In this document: in pieces, positions 1 through 11,335 of the stretch | Numbering within the stretch: position 1 is the first letter of the stretch | Layout: the number at the start of each line of letters is the position of its first letter | IMG/VR virus record: IMGVR_UViG_3300031853_000002 | Span: 64,001 to 128,000 of that record | Reading direction: 5' to 3' (one strand) | Length of the DNA: 64,000 nucleotides | Source: a virus | Lineage: Duplodnaviria; Caudoviricetes | The notes under the pieces: model-generated | The model's database searches: none | Seen by the model: the letters and a program-made list of their open reading frames with translations, nothing else | Told to the model about the DNA's origin: nothing | Made by a program: the position numbers and the translations under genes

Positions 1-2
1 AT

Positions 3-3000
3 TAGAAGACTACTATAAGCTATAATAATGGACTTGAACCTACAACAATACAAAATGTAGATTCAAATAACGAGAATTTATATAAAAGTACTTCTAAATA
101 TGAGAATGGAAATAATCCTATAGGACAGGTAGAAATCGATGATAGTCTTGTATAGATTGGAAATATATGGGATAGTCAGAGATAGAATGCTGTATATATA
201 ACATCTACTGATGATGCTGCACCTTATATGGATGTATTATCTAATATGAATAGGCCTGATTACTCTGTTATATATTATGTTCCTATATATAGAACTACTA
301 AACTATATAAATCTTAGTATAATTTAAGAACTTTTGCTGGTTATAATAATTTAGTAGAAATTCCTTATACAGGGGACTACTATGTTTAGGATATCAGTAT
401 AAATAATTTTACTTGTGAATATGTATGCTTTAAACACAATGATGTAATATATTTAGCTACAGGAAAAGCTACCCCAAATATAGCAGGAGTACAAGTACTA
501 CACTATTTAAATACTATTCCAGACAGATGCACAATTCTTGGAGAACTAAATAGCTCTTATATAACTTTAGAAACTACTGGAAAAATAAAATTAGAAAATA
601 TAGATGGTTCTATAATATAGGAAGAATAGTTAGATCCATTAGTTATTACTTCTACTAAAAATACAAAATCACGATTTGGTAAATTAGATGGAATACAAGA
701 TGAAATATTCCCAACAGATAAACAACCATATGGTTATGGTCTTTATGGTTAGAATGTATTTCTAACTGGAGAATTCTATCTAAATAATGGATAGGCTGTT
801 GCAGATATAGGAAAAGAAGCTATGACATTTGCTATAGCCTCATCTAAAATGGGAAATGCTGCTATAAATTTATTAAGAGCAGACCAAATTAGAGCTAATG
901 ACTTAATTAAAGCTTCACACTATAATAAAGGTACTTTGAAGACTGCAGGTATGTATATAGGCAATGATTCTAATGGAAATCCTGGAATTGTTATTTGGGG
1001 TAATAAAATTCTATTTGCTACCAATGATTTGGAATTTAATGGATATGTACAACCTACAATGTTACTATCTGATGGAAAAATTCAAGGTAAATATTTGAGT
1101 GTTGATGAAGCCCATGGCTCTGTTGATGCCTAGGTTCTTACTAGTGAATTTACAGTTGATAATGTTAAATATACAAGTTTAGACTTATCCCCAGGAACAG
1201 TAAGAGTTTATAAACCTAAGATGTAGAATACTGCATCTAATGGAACAATATATTATACTGAGAGTGATTAGATATAGTATATAAGAAGGTTTATGTTAAA
1301 TAATGATAGCTCTTAGATAAGATGGTTAGTAGTTAATCCAGATGGTTATCCATTATCTAAGAATGCTGGAGGTAATTATGATACTGTTACTTATTTAAAC
1401 TTTACATATTTTAACTCAGATAATGAACCTGTATCTTATTCTGATGGTAATCTTCCAACCAATATAGAAAATGCTCTTATAAATGATTATAGTACTCCGC
1501 TTAAAGTATGGGCCTTAGAAAAAGGAGGAAAAGGTAATTTAGGAGGTTCTACTCTATACTGGAATAGTACTGGAAAAGTAGTAGTAAATGGAATTTTGTA
1601 TAGTACTGAAGGTAATATAGGAGGATTTACACTTAGTAATAATAGCTTATATTTAAAAAGGAATCCTGAACACCCAAGTGATCTTATACTTTCTAATAGT
1701 GGTTATAAATGGGATAATAGCGAAGCTTCCTTTCCCTATATGTAGCTTAATTCTGTTAATAGTGAAGGTAAAATAGAATTTAGTACCATATATACAAGTA
1801 GAGGATTTTACTATCAAGGAGAAGGTGGACTCCTTATGCAAACTCCAGGAATGGTATTCCAACTTACTATAATTCCTATTATGTATGACAATGGTAACAC
1901 ATGGGGACTTTTTGCTAGATTATCTGGAAAAGGAGTTTTCTCTATTATAAAGATGACCTTTGATGATGGATTATTTATTATTAACTTTCCATAGCTGCAA
2001 GAATCTAATAATTCAGAGCAAGCAGATTGGTTTGTTCGTTCTTATCTAAGAGGAGATTTATTTTTCTATGCTACCGGTCATAATTTTGCAACAACATAGA
2101 CCCCATGGAATAATGGACTTAATGCTTATATATTTAACCCTGATAAAATAGATTAGCACCACTCTGAATTATTATGGTCAAATGATTTTGATGATAAGTC
2201 TAAAGTAATGCATAATCATGCAAGCGTAGATTAGTTTGGATTTATAAGTAATAACTATAATTTTAATAGTTATGGTATAGGAATAAATGGTCCACTTCCA
2301 ACTAGATGTCATTTTGGAGCTGTAATTGGACAAAGATTAGATAATAAAACTCTTATTCAAAGTGAAACATCTGGAGGTCTAGTGTAGATTGGAAAATCTG
2401 AAGCTATGTTCTCTAATGATACTTGGTATAATGCAATAGTTGTATCAACAGCTGATGATGATGAAGTTAACTTTGGAGGTTTTACTTTATGTTGTATGTA
2501 CTCTCCAGGATTCAGTGATAGAGAAAGTGCTATAATTGAAGATGCTGCATATACGTCTGAAGATATATAGGAATATACAGACAGGTAGACTTTATAGCAA
2601 CAAATAATCGATACTTATGGAACTTCAGGAGTTAGATATACAGAAGTTGTATCTGAAAGAGATGATCTTAGAGCTTCAATGACTACTGCAGAATAGGTTA
2701 CATATGCAAGTGATTTAACTAATATAGATAATTATGTATCTAATATAGCTAGTATTGCTTCAGAGGTTAGTAATAACCTTAACAAATTTACTGTTTCTGA
2801 ATTAACTAGCAAGAAAAGTGCTTGTGATGAATATTATAGTTAGATAATAACCATTTTAGATTCTATACAGAATAGAAGTGATACAGATCCAGATGCTCCT
2901 GATGCTGCTTGTACCTGTAGCTTAGGTGGAGATTATCCAACTTTAAGTAGAGCATATTCAGCAAGTGGAAGTAGTACAAGTATTGAAGTAGCTGGCTTTA

Positions 3001-4592
3001 GTCCAAGTGATTGTTCTATAACTCTTACACATGTTAAAAAGTCTTCAGGAGATGATTGGATAGATATAAGTAGTAATGATTATAACCCATTATATGACTT
3101 AACTGCTTCTAACGGAATTATAAGTGCCAAGATAAGAACTAATTCAAGTACCTCTACAATAGAAAGACGTTATTACTTTAATTGTAAAACTTCTGGAGGT
3201 GAGTACGATTACTTTACCTTCTGTCAATAGGCTGGAGAAAGCGAATCTGGAGAAGAACAACCTACTGATTCTGATTTAGAAGCACTACTTCCAACATTTA
3301 ATACCTTATTCGATTCTTAGATACAATCCGGAACTAGTTTATATGACTTCTTAGCAGATTCGTTATCTACTGCTAATAGTATGAAGTCTTCGTATAATAT
3401 AAGTACTATTACTAACGGACCTATCAAATTCTTAGGAAGCGGTTATGATGATACTGCTTTTCAAGGATTTTTTATGGGAATGTTACTTACTGCACTTTTC
3501 CCATTTGAAGGATCTGGAAGTATTGACTACAGCAAGGCAAGTAATAGAAATAGTGGAGCTCTAGCTGCTGCACATAAAACTTATGGAGCTAGACTTACAG
3601 ACAGTGTATCTAGCTACGAATCTAAATATAAAGGAGAAATTCTTGCATCTATAGTATTTGCACAAATGATTGCTAACCCTTCTTTTAGAAGTACATTTAA
3701 GAATATAAAGAATAGTGTAAGTTTATCAGGATTTGTTAATTGGTTTAGTTTCTGTGATAGTGATGAATTTCTACTTTCAGCAATAGCTCCAGATGGACAT
3801 GAAATCTTTGACACTCCAGTATCTAATAACTATACGACTGCAACTATAAGTAGTGTTACTAACTTAGGAGAAAGAGATGAAGTAATGTATAGAGATGGTA
3901 AGGCTTCTAGAAAAGATGATGGTAGCTATGACTCTAGCGATGGAGGTATAGCTAATAAAGACACTAGTAATGTTGATAATCATGATAAAAATCATGATAG
4001 AATAGGATATTTTATAGATATTTATGGTACTGCTACAAGTAACACTGTATCTATAAGTACTCCTTCTAATATTACTCATAGTTCACTATAGTCTGATAGT
4101 TCCTCATGTTGGGAAGATCCAAGCAGCTCACATCCTGGACTTTCTGGCTTATCTTATAGCTATACTACATATGCTAAGTATTGTTTATTAGACCTAGCTT
4201 GGAAACCTGGAAGAGATACTGTTAATAATACTAAGAGTACTTCTGGTAGTTGGTTTAGACAAAGACCTTTTAGTGCTCATAGTGATGATTCACCAATGTC
4301 TTATGCTAATGGAGATAGTGATGTTGGCAATACAGATACTACATCATATCCATCTGGGCATTCTGGTTATAGTTGGGGAACAGCATTAGCTTACTCTACT
4401 CTTAAATCTAACTTTAGTACTTCTAATATAAATAATCTATTTGCAAGAGCTTATAAATTTGGACAAAGTAGAGTCATAGTAGGAGCTCACTGGTAGTCAG
4501 ATGTTGAAACAGGTAGATTAGCTGCTGCATGTTCATTTGCTTAGATGTGTGGTAATAAATTATTTATAAATCAAGTTGATTTAGCACAATGA
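3..4592 (+). CDS. Large tail/fibre-associated protein, 5'-truncated, with BACON-like region (~2950-3240) and C-terminal PAP2 / class A acid-phosphatase domain (TAG=Gln)
   Basis: Track fragments 822, 3381 and 4296 share one frame, and the stretches read by hand contain only TAG stops until TGA at 4590-4592. C-terminus has RQRPF, SYPSGHS and SRVIVGAHW(TAG=Q)SDVETGR. Confidence 0.8.
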
Positions 4593-4900
4593 AATTTAAT
4601 GTAAAAGAAAGATTGTTATTAATAGGAATGTTGCCTCAGTAGGGAAGTCTTTCTGAAATGGTTGATATTTATGATCTAGTAAGAGATTTAAAGCTCTCTG
4701 AGGAAGAGAAGGGAGCTATCTCTTACATAGAGAATAATAATTATGTTAAATGGGATTTTGATAAAGACCCAAATAAAGATATAAATATAAGTAGTTCACA
4801 GATGAAAATTATAAAGGAGGCTATTGAAAAATTAGATAAAGAAAATAAAATTAATTTGGAAATGATTCCACTTATACAAATTATAAATGACTCAGTATAA
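4589..4900 (+). CDS. Hypothetical protein (103 aa, [19 protein letters not shown]...)
   Basis: ATGA overlap with upstream stop. One internal TAG precedes track ORF 4658-4900. Confidence 0.75.
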
Positions 4901-5411
4901 TAAATTAATTGCTCATGTCCTTAAATGGGAAGGAGGTTGGGGAAATGATCCGGCCGATAAAGGAGGACCCACTATGAAGGGAGTTACAATAGCTACGTAT
5001 ACAGCTTATTGTGCTAAAAAAGGCCGGCCTATTCCAACATTAAAATAGCTAAAAGGAATTACTAAAGCTGAATGGGAAGAGGTTTTTAAAACTATGTTTT
5101 GGGATAGATGGAAAGCAGACCAAATAAAAAATTAGTCTATTGCTAATCTTTTAGTTGATTGGGTATGGACTAGTGGTATTTATGGAATTAAATTTCCATA
5201 GAAAGTTCTTGGTGTAACTGATGATGGAGTTGTTGGACCTTAGACTTTATCTGCTATAAATAATTATCCTAATCAAAAGGAACTTTTTGATAAGTTATGG
5301 TAGAGACGTAAATAGCATTTTATTTCTATTGCTAATTCAAGACCAGGAAATCAAAAATTTCTTAAGGGGTGGCTTAATCGTTTAAATGATCTTAAATATA
5401 GTGCAGAATAA
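4887..5411 (+). CDS. Endolysin, glycoside hydrolase family 108 with C-terminal peptidoglycan-binding region (174 aa)
   Basis: [34 protein letters not shown]...DGVVGP...[10 protein letters not shown]. Absent from the track because of 6 in-frame TAGs. Confidence 0.92.
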
Positions 5412-5471
5412 TAAGGACTCTGTACTTAAGACTTTATAAAGTACTATTATTACAAATAGAGCTCTTAATGT

Positions 5472-5501
5472 TTTGAGTACAGACTCTTCTTATTATATTT
5501 G
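5472..5501 (+). promoter_or_regulatory. Candidate Bacteroidota-type promoter (TTTG ... TAnnTTTG) ahead of capsid module
   Basis: TTTG at 5472-5475 and TATATTTG at 5494-5501 (18-nt spacer), in an intergenic gap. Confidence 0.45.
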
Positions 5502-5527
5502 ATCTGTATTATAAACAAATATGAATT

Positions 5528-6613
5528 ATGGCAATAGGAATTGATGATTTAGACTTTTATGAGGAAGAGCCTACAATGACTCCATCTCAGGGTGGTGAAG
5601 AGCCATCTCAGGAACCTACTACTTAGGAGCCTCCAAAACCAGAAGAACTACAAACTCCTCCTCCAGCAGGAGGTGCAGTTACACCTCCACCATCTAATAA
5701 TGGGGAAGGAGAAGATGATATAATAACAACTTTACTAAAAGAAAAAGGTATAAAAGATTCTTCAAAGATTAAATTTGAGGGAGATAATGGAAATACAGAA
5801 GAAAGAGATTGGAAAGATTTGTCGAGAGAAGAACAGCTTAATATTTTGAGACAATCTACCATAGCTCCTTCTACTGAAGAACCAGAAAATGACTTGTCAG
5901 ATGAAGAGATCGAATTCTTAAATATGTTAAGAACTAATAATTTAACACCTCAAGAATATCTATCTCAATTAAATAGAGAACCGGAACCAGTCTACACAGT
6001 TGATGAACTGAGTGATGATGACCTGTTCGTATTAGATTTGCAAGCTAGAGTAGAAGGAATTACTGAAGAGCAATTAGCTAAAGCTCTAGAGAATGCTAAA
6101 CAAGATGAGACTCTTTTTAAAAAGCAGATAGAAGGTATTCGTAAAGAATACAAGGACTTAGAAGACCAAAATAGACAATAGCAAGAACTTCTTGCTCAAC
6201 AATAGCAGGAAGAATAGTATCAAAGATTTTCTAATACTATTGTTGAACAGATAGACAAGCTAAACTCTATAGCAGGACTTGATGTAGAATTAGAAAATGA
6301 CGATAAAGAAGAGCTTGCTGAATTCATTCTAGGTCGCGATGAAGCAGGAGTAAGTAATTTAGGAAAGGTCCTCAACGATCCAGAGTCATTAGTACTAATG
6401 TCATGGTATGCGTTAAATGGGGATAAAATGATAGATGATATAACAACTATGTATGAAAATGCTATTAAGAAAGCACGTCAAGAAGCCTACAATAAGGGGG
6501 TAGAAGACGGAAAGAAAGGTATACAACCTGGACATGTAGTTGTTACTCCTCCAGCTTAGAAACCTACTCAACAAACTGAGAAGATTTCTTCCATTGAGGA
6601 TTTAGACTTTTAA
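5528..6613 (+). CDS. Acidic, Pro/Glu-rich putative capsid scaffolding protein (361 aa)
   Basis: Open from ATG 5528 with TAG read-through. Very acidic and coiled-coil-like, and lies directly upstream of the MCP. Confidence 0.65.
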
Positions 6614-6640
6614 TAACTTTTTTTAAATAAGATTTTAATT

Positions 6641-9600
6641 ATGATTGTAGCAAATTTTGTAACAAACAGATCTACAATGAGTGACACTAGAACTTATGAG
6701 GATTTCTATAAGTTCCTTGGTACTCAACCTTATAAACTAGGCGTTGTGTCTAGACTTTATCCTGAACTAACTGCTTCTTACTTAACAGAATCTCTTAGAA
6801 ACATTTTCTATCAAAGTAGAAAAGGTGGTAACAAGTATCAGTCTATAGATGCTATGTACTTTGAATGGGATGTTGAAACAAACTATATTAAGAGAGTAGA
6901 GTTTGCAGCAGTTCCAGAAACAGATGGTGCAGATGGTCAAGAAATCGTTATGGCTTTCAAAGAAAGATACTATGAAAAGTATGACATCTTTAAGATTGAT
7001 GAAACTGGGCAGCAATGTTTTGTTGTAGCAAGACCTGTAAGAAAGGCTGATAATTACTGGGAAGTAACTGTTCGTCTTATTGATAATGACTATAAGTCAG
7101 TTCTTGACCTTAGTGGTTGTCAAATTGGTATGACTACAAGATTCTAGAGCAATGCTGTACCTGAAATGCATGAGGAAGGTTTGAACACTTTATATGGTAA
7201 ACACCTAATTTTTACATAGCTTTCCTCCGCTGCTTAAGCAGTGTAAAATTAAATAAATATTTCTAATTGCTGGAACACCCACAGGGTCAATCAGCAGCGA
7301 AGCCTTAGAGATTACAAGCAAATTTTGAAGTACTAAGGAACGTTCAACGACTAGTCCGAAGGACGTAGGAGAAATAAACTCCGAAATGGAATAAATCTAA
7401 AACTTAAATAAATTATGAAATATATTGTATATCAAACTGTTAATAAAGTTAATAATAAGATATATGTTGGAGTTCATGGAACAGAAACTCCTGATGAATT
7501 TGATGGCTACCTAGGAAATGGGGTTAGTATATATAGGCCCGCTACATATCTTAATCCTAAAACTCATTTTCAATATGCAGTAAAGAAATATGGCGTCAAG
7601 AATTTTATAAGAACTACTCTTAAAATATTTGATAAGGAAGAAGATGCCTATAAGATGGAAGCAGAGATTGTAAACGAGGAATTTCTTAAACGAGAAGATG
7701 TTTATAACTTGGCTTTAGGTGGAAAATTAAATTATGATAATTTACATAATCCTAAGAAAAAGGTATATATGTATGACTTAGATGGAAATTTTGAAAGAGA
7801 ATTTGATAGTGTAAACTCAGCTGGAAGGTTTCTGAATCCTTCTGCTGCAGGAGCAGGACATCTTCCAAGGGCTATAAAAGAAGGACATCAATTTCTTGGA
7901 CATCAATTTTCTTATGAAAAAGTTCCATTTATGAAGAAATTAAAATGCAGAAAAATGGGAACAGTTGATAAACCTTATATAGGAGGAAAAGTAGGACGCT
8001 ATAATGATGAAGGAAAACTACTTGAAACTTTCAATACAATGACTGACTGTATAAAAGCAGGTTATAAAAATGCAAAACTTGTAGCACAGGGTAAGCGAGA
8101 ACATTGTAAAGGCTTTATATTTAAGTATTTAGATTAAGATATAGTCTGAACACTATGGCAACATAGTGATAACAAAGTGTATGTTAAGTATTAGAGCAAT
8201 ATTGAGAAACATCGTAACTATATTACAACTCACCGTGTTGATGACAGTTATTCTGCTCAGTATGGTGCATTTGAAGATAAGTTTATTTCTATTGGTGAAG
8301 GAAAGGGACAAGGTAGTCTTACTGAAACTATCTATAGAATGGATAAGATCGAAAAGAACTTACTTGATAACTTCCTATATGTAAGAAATAATGGTTTACT
8401 CTTCAACAAGACTAACGTCGATGTAAATGGCAAACCAACTATTTCTGATCCAGATACAGGTAGACCTATCTATATTGGTGATGGTATAATTCCACAGGTA
8501 GAGAGATTCGCAAGTAAGTATGCATTTGTTAAACTTACTATTGAAGTTTTCAATGTGGTTATTGCTACTCTTAATGAGAAAGCTAAGAACCCAACTGGTA
8601 ATAAGTACATGTTCATCTGTAATGAAAGAATGTGGTCACTTATTCAGACTGTTCTTGGAGACTTCTTAGCTAAGTATAAGACAGAAGGTACATATATTTA
8701 TAGTAAGCAAGCTAATGGCTACGTAAAGGTTGGTGCAACATTCGATTCTTATGAATATGGTGGCAACCAAATTACCTTTAAGGTAGATAGAACATTCTCT
8801 AGAGAGTATGGTCAAGATAAAGGTTATTGCTTATGCTTAGATTTAACTGCTGATGCTACTGAAGCTGAACCACCAATTCAAATGTTTACACTTAAGGGTG
8901 GTGACTTCATTTCTAATAAGTATATTGGTGTAGGTGGACGTAATGGATTAAGCTCAGGTGAAGTTGCTTCTCCTGTTGCTGCTTCAAAGCTAAATTTATT
9001 GGCGTGCTAATCAGTAATGATTAGTTTAAATTTTCCTTAAATGCTGGAAACTCCTTATAAAAGGACAATCAGCAGCTATTATATACATGAAGTCTGTTAC
9101 AGACTCTGATATATTGTAGTTCAACGACTAGTTCAACAAGAACGTACATTCAAGTGAATGGAAATGGGAAATAACTTAATTATGAAATATATTGTATATT
9201 GTACTACATGTACAGAAAATGGAAAAGTGTATATAGGTGTACACAAAACGGAAGATCCAGATAAATTTGATGGTTATATAGGAAATGGTATAGAAGTAGG
9301 ATGGAATATAAAAAATCCTCATACTGCTTTTCAATATGCACTTAAAAAATATGGGTATTCTAAATTTAAAAGAGCAACATTATATGTTTTTGATAATGCA
9401 GAATCTGCTTATTCTAAAGAAGCAGAGATAGTAAATAAAGACTTTATAAAAAGACATGATAATTATAACACTTGTCTTGGAGGTATTCATGCTGGAGTTA
9501 TATATGATACTCTTTATCAATACTCTTATGAAGGAAAACTTATTAAAGAATGGGACTCAATAGGAGAAGCCATAAGATATTATGGATGTAATTCTAATAG

Positions 9601-10393
9601 ATTCAATATGGCTATAAAAGATAAGAGAAGTGCTTTTAATTCTTATTGGTCTAAAACAAAATATGATATTCTTGATATAAGTCTTTATAGAAAAAGCAAG
9701 CATTCAGAAATAAACTGTTATGAATCTAACGGAGATTTATTTAAAGTTTATGAAAATGTTCAAGACATAATTCAAGACTTAGGATTTACAAAAGCCTCAA
9801 TAGAAGATGCATTATCACATAAAATCCCCTTAAAAGGATTTTACTTTATCTCTGATGGTTCGGATATAAATAATATAATAAAAATTAGAGAACTTGTTTA
9901 TTCTTTAACTGATAAAAGTGTTTCCAAATATAAAGATGGAAAATTAGTTAAAACTTACACGAATTTAACTCAAGCAGCTAAAGAAAATGATTTAAGTTCT
10001 ACTCATATTAAAAAATCTATTATTTCAAGAAATGGAGAATGGGCATATGGCTATTCTGAATTGTTTGAAAATAGTTCTATAGAACCAACAGGACTAAAAA
10101 TTGATCAATTTGACCTAGAAGGAAATTTTATAAAAACATGGAATAGTTACTCTGAGTGTAGAAAAGAACATCCAAATGTTAAACAAGTATTAACAGGAGG
10201 AAGAAACCAAACACATGGATATACATTTAAAATTCATAATATAAGTTAAAGATATAGTCTAATCTTGTAGGTAACTACAAGCAATATGGGTCATTTAGTA
10301 ACGTAAATGATTAAATATAATTGGATAAACTGGGGTTACTCAGGTGTAGGAGTTTTCAATCCTTACAGAAGCTTTATACTTAGAGAAGTTTAA
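6641..10393 (+). CDS. Major capsid protein, three exons: 6641-7180, 8180-8991, 10324-10393 (473 aa spliced)
   Basis: Splicing restores the frame: ...PEMHEEG|YVKYQSNIEKHRNY... and ...VAASKL|INWGYSGVGVFNPYRSFILREV*. Size, sequence character and position fit the crAss-like MCP. Confidence 0.88.
7181..8179 (+). mobile_element. Group I intron 1 in MCP (999 nt)
   Basis: 5' exon GAGGAAGGU pairs with IGS GCUUUCCUC (U-G at the splice site). ACAUA pairs with 3' exon UAUGU. Core elements AATTGCTGGAA, AATCAGCAGC, GTTCAACGACTAG and AAGATATAGTCT are present, and the intron ends in G. Confidence 0.93.
7415..8137 (+). CDS. Intron-encoded GIY-YIG homing endonuclease with NUMOD1-like repeats
   Basis: YIVY...KIYVGVH...YLGNG...YNL catalytic domain and VYMYDLDGNFEREFDS repeat. 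Lies between the R and S core elements. Confidence 0.9.
   Translation: MKYIVYQTVNKVNNKIYVGVHGTETPDEFDGYLGNGVSIYRPATYLNPKTHFQYAVKKYGVKNFIRTTLKIFDKEEDAYKMEAEIVNEEFLKREDVYNLALGGKLNYDNLHNPKKKVYMYDLDGNFEREFDSVNSAGRFLNPSAAGAGHLPRAIKEGHQFLGHQFSYEKVPFMKKLKCRKMGTVDKPYIGGKVGRYNDEGKLLETFNTMTDCIKAGYKNAKLVAQGKREHCKGFIFKYLD
8992..10323 (+). mobile_element. Group I intron 2 in MCP (1332 nt)
   Basis: Same four core elements (~9040, ~9067, ~9119, ~10249). UUUAUU pairs with 3' exon GAUAAA, short P1 with U-G, terminal G. The junction CT|G restores a Leu codon. Confidence 0.9.
9182..10249 (+). CDS. Intron-encoded GIY-YIG homing endonuclease with several NUMOD1-like repeats
   Basis: MKYIVYCTTCTENGKVYIGVH... with repeats YQYSYEGKLIKEWDS and DQFDLEGNFIKTWNS. 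Start 9182 chosen by identity with the intron-1 HEG start. Confidence 0.9.
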   Translation: MKYIVYCTTCTENGKVYIGVHKTEDPDKFDGYIGNGIEVGWNIKNPHTAFQYALKKYGYSKFKRATLYVFDNAESAYSKEAEIVNKDFIKRHDNYNTCLGGIHAGVIYDTLYQYSYEGKLIKEWDSIGEAIRYYGCNSNRFNMAIKDKRSAFNSYWSKTKYDILDISLYRKSKHSEINCYESNGDLFKVYENVQDIIQDLGFTKASIEDALSHKIPLKGFYFISDGSDINNIIKIRELVYSLTDKSVSKYKDGKLVKTYTNLTQAAKENDLSSTHIKKSIISRNGEWAYGYSELFENSSIEPTGLKIDQFDLEGNFIKTWNSYSECRKEHPNVKQVLTGGRNQTHGYTFKIHNIS

Positions 10394-10405
10394 TTATAAG
10401 ATAAG

Positions 10406-10439
10406 GGAAGGGGAGTAAAAGCCTCCTCTTCCATATTTT
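10406..10439 (+). terminator. Hairpin / probable weak terminator after MCP
   Basis: GGAAGGGGAG...CTCCTCTTCC 10-bp stem followed by ATATTTT. Confidence 0.55.
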
Positions 10440-10464
10440 AAATATAAATTTATTCAATGATAAT

Positions 10465-11316
10465 ATGAGTATGACAAAAGAAAACTACATAGTACTACGT
10501 AGTGTTTATGGTAAGGTAGGAATAAAATATTACATACAACCTTGTAAAGATCCAAAAACTAATAGATATCCTGAGTGTGTAAAGCCCACTAACGCTTTAG
10601 GAGATTTAATTCTTACTGACGCTGAAAGAAATAGTGGACGATATTTTGTAAAAGAAGGAGAACAAATCACAGTAGAGGATGGAACTGTATTTAATCTTGA
10701 TGATGATATACAGAAAGCATAGTGGGAAGCTATTAAACATTGTCCCTTGATTGCTCCAGAAAGATGGGCTAAAGATTCAAAAGGTGACTATCTTATTGAT
10801 GGTACAATGGATTGGAAAGCTAAAAGACCTCGCTATGGTGTTGCTGAACTTTATGTGGATCGTCCTGGTGAAGAAACAAGACAAAGAGTTTCTAAGAAAA
10901 AGAAGATTTTACAAGCTTCAGATTTCATTATAAACGATGATCATGGAGCAGATGGAAGACTTACTATGGCTAAGATTTTAGGTAAACATATGTCAGGACA
11001 ATCAGATGCTGATGTTGAAGATTATCTATTACAAATAGCTGAGAAAGATCCAGATAAAATTATTAAGCTTTACACAGGAGGAGAACTATCCTTACGTATT
11101 CTTCTTGTTGATGCTCGTGAAGCTGGAGTTATCTTTGTTCGTGATAAGATGTACTGGTATAGTGATAAGATTCTTGGAGGAACAGATGATGCAGCTATTA
11201 CATGGATGAAAAATCCAAAGAATAAAAAAATTGTTGAACTTATAAAGAAAGATACTTATCCAGAGTTATATCCTGACGAGATAGATAATAGTCAGGGGAA
11301 AGATAAGACAAAATAA
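10465..11316 (+). CDS. Conserved crAss-like protein downstream of MCP (283 aa)
   Basis: Track ORFs 10465 and 10747 are joined by one TAG in the same frame. Assignment is by synteny. Confidence 0.7.
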
Positions 11317-11335
11317 ACTTTAAAGTTTATAAATT

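Noticed and set aside
5565-5700. Short EPSQ/EPTTQ/EPPK repeats in the scaffold-like gene and EEPK repeats near 38300
   Set aside because: Ordinary low-complexity protein linkers, not DNA-level repeat elements.
8166-8384. 72-aa + strand ORF and other alternative-frame + ORFs (10751, 18954, 19224, 31537, 32245, 39630, 42100, 59528, 61155, 63135)
   Set aside because: They overlap well-supported genes in another frame or on the other strand.
7415-10249. Inteins or free-standing endonucleases in the MCP
   Set aside because: The HEGs have their own starts and stops, and sit inside clear group I RNA cores with IGS pairings.
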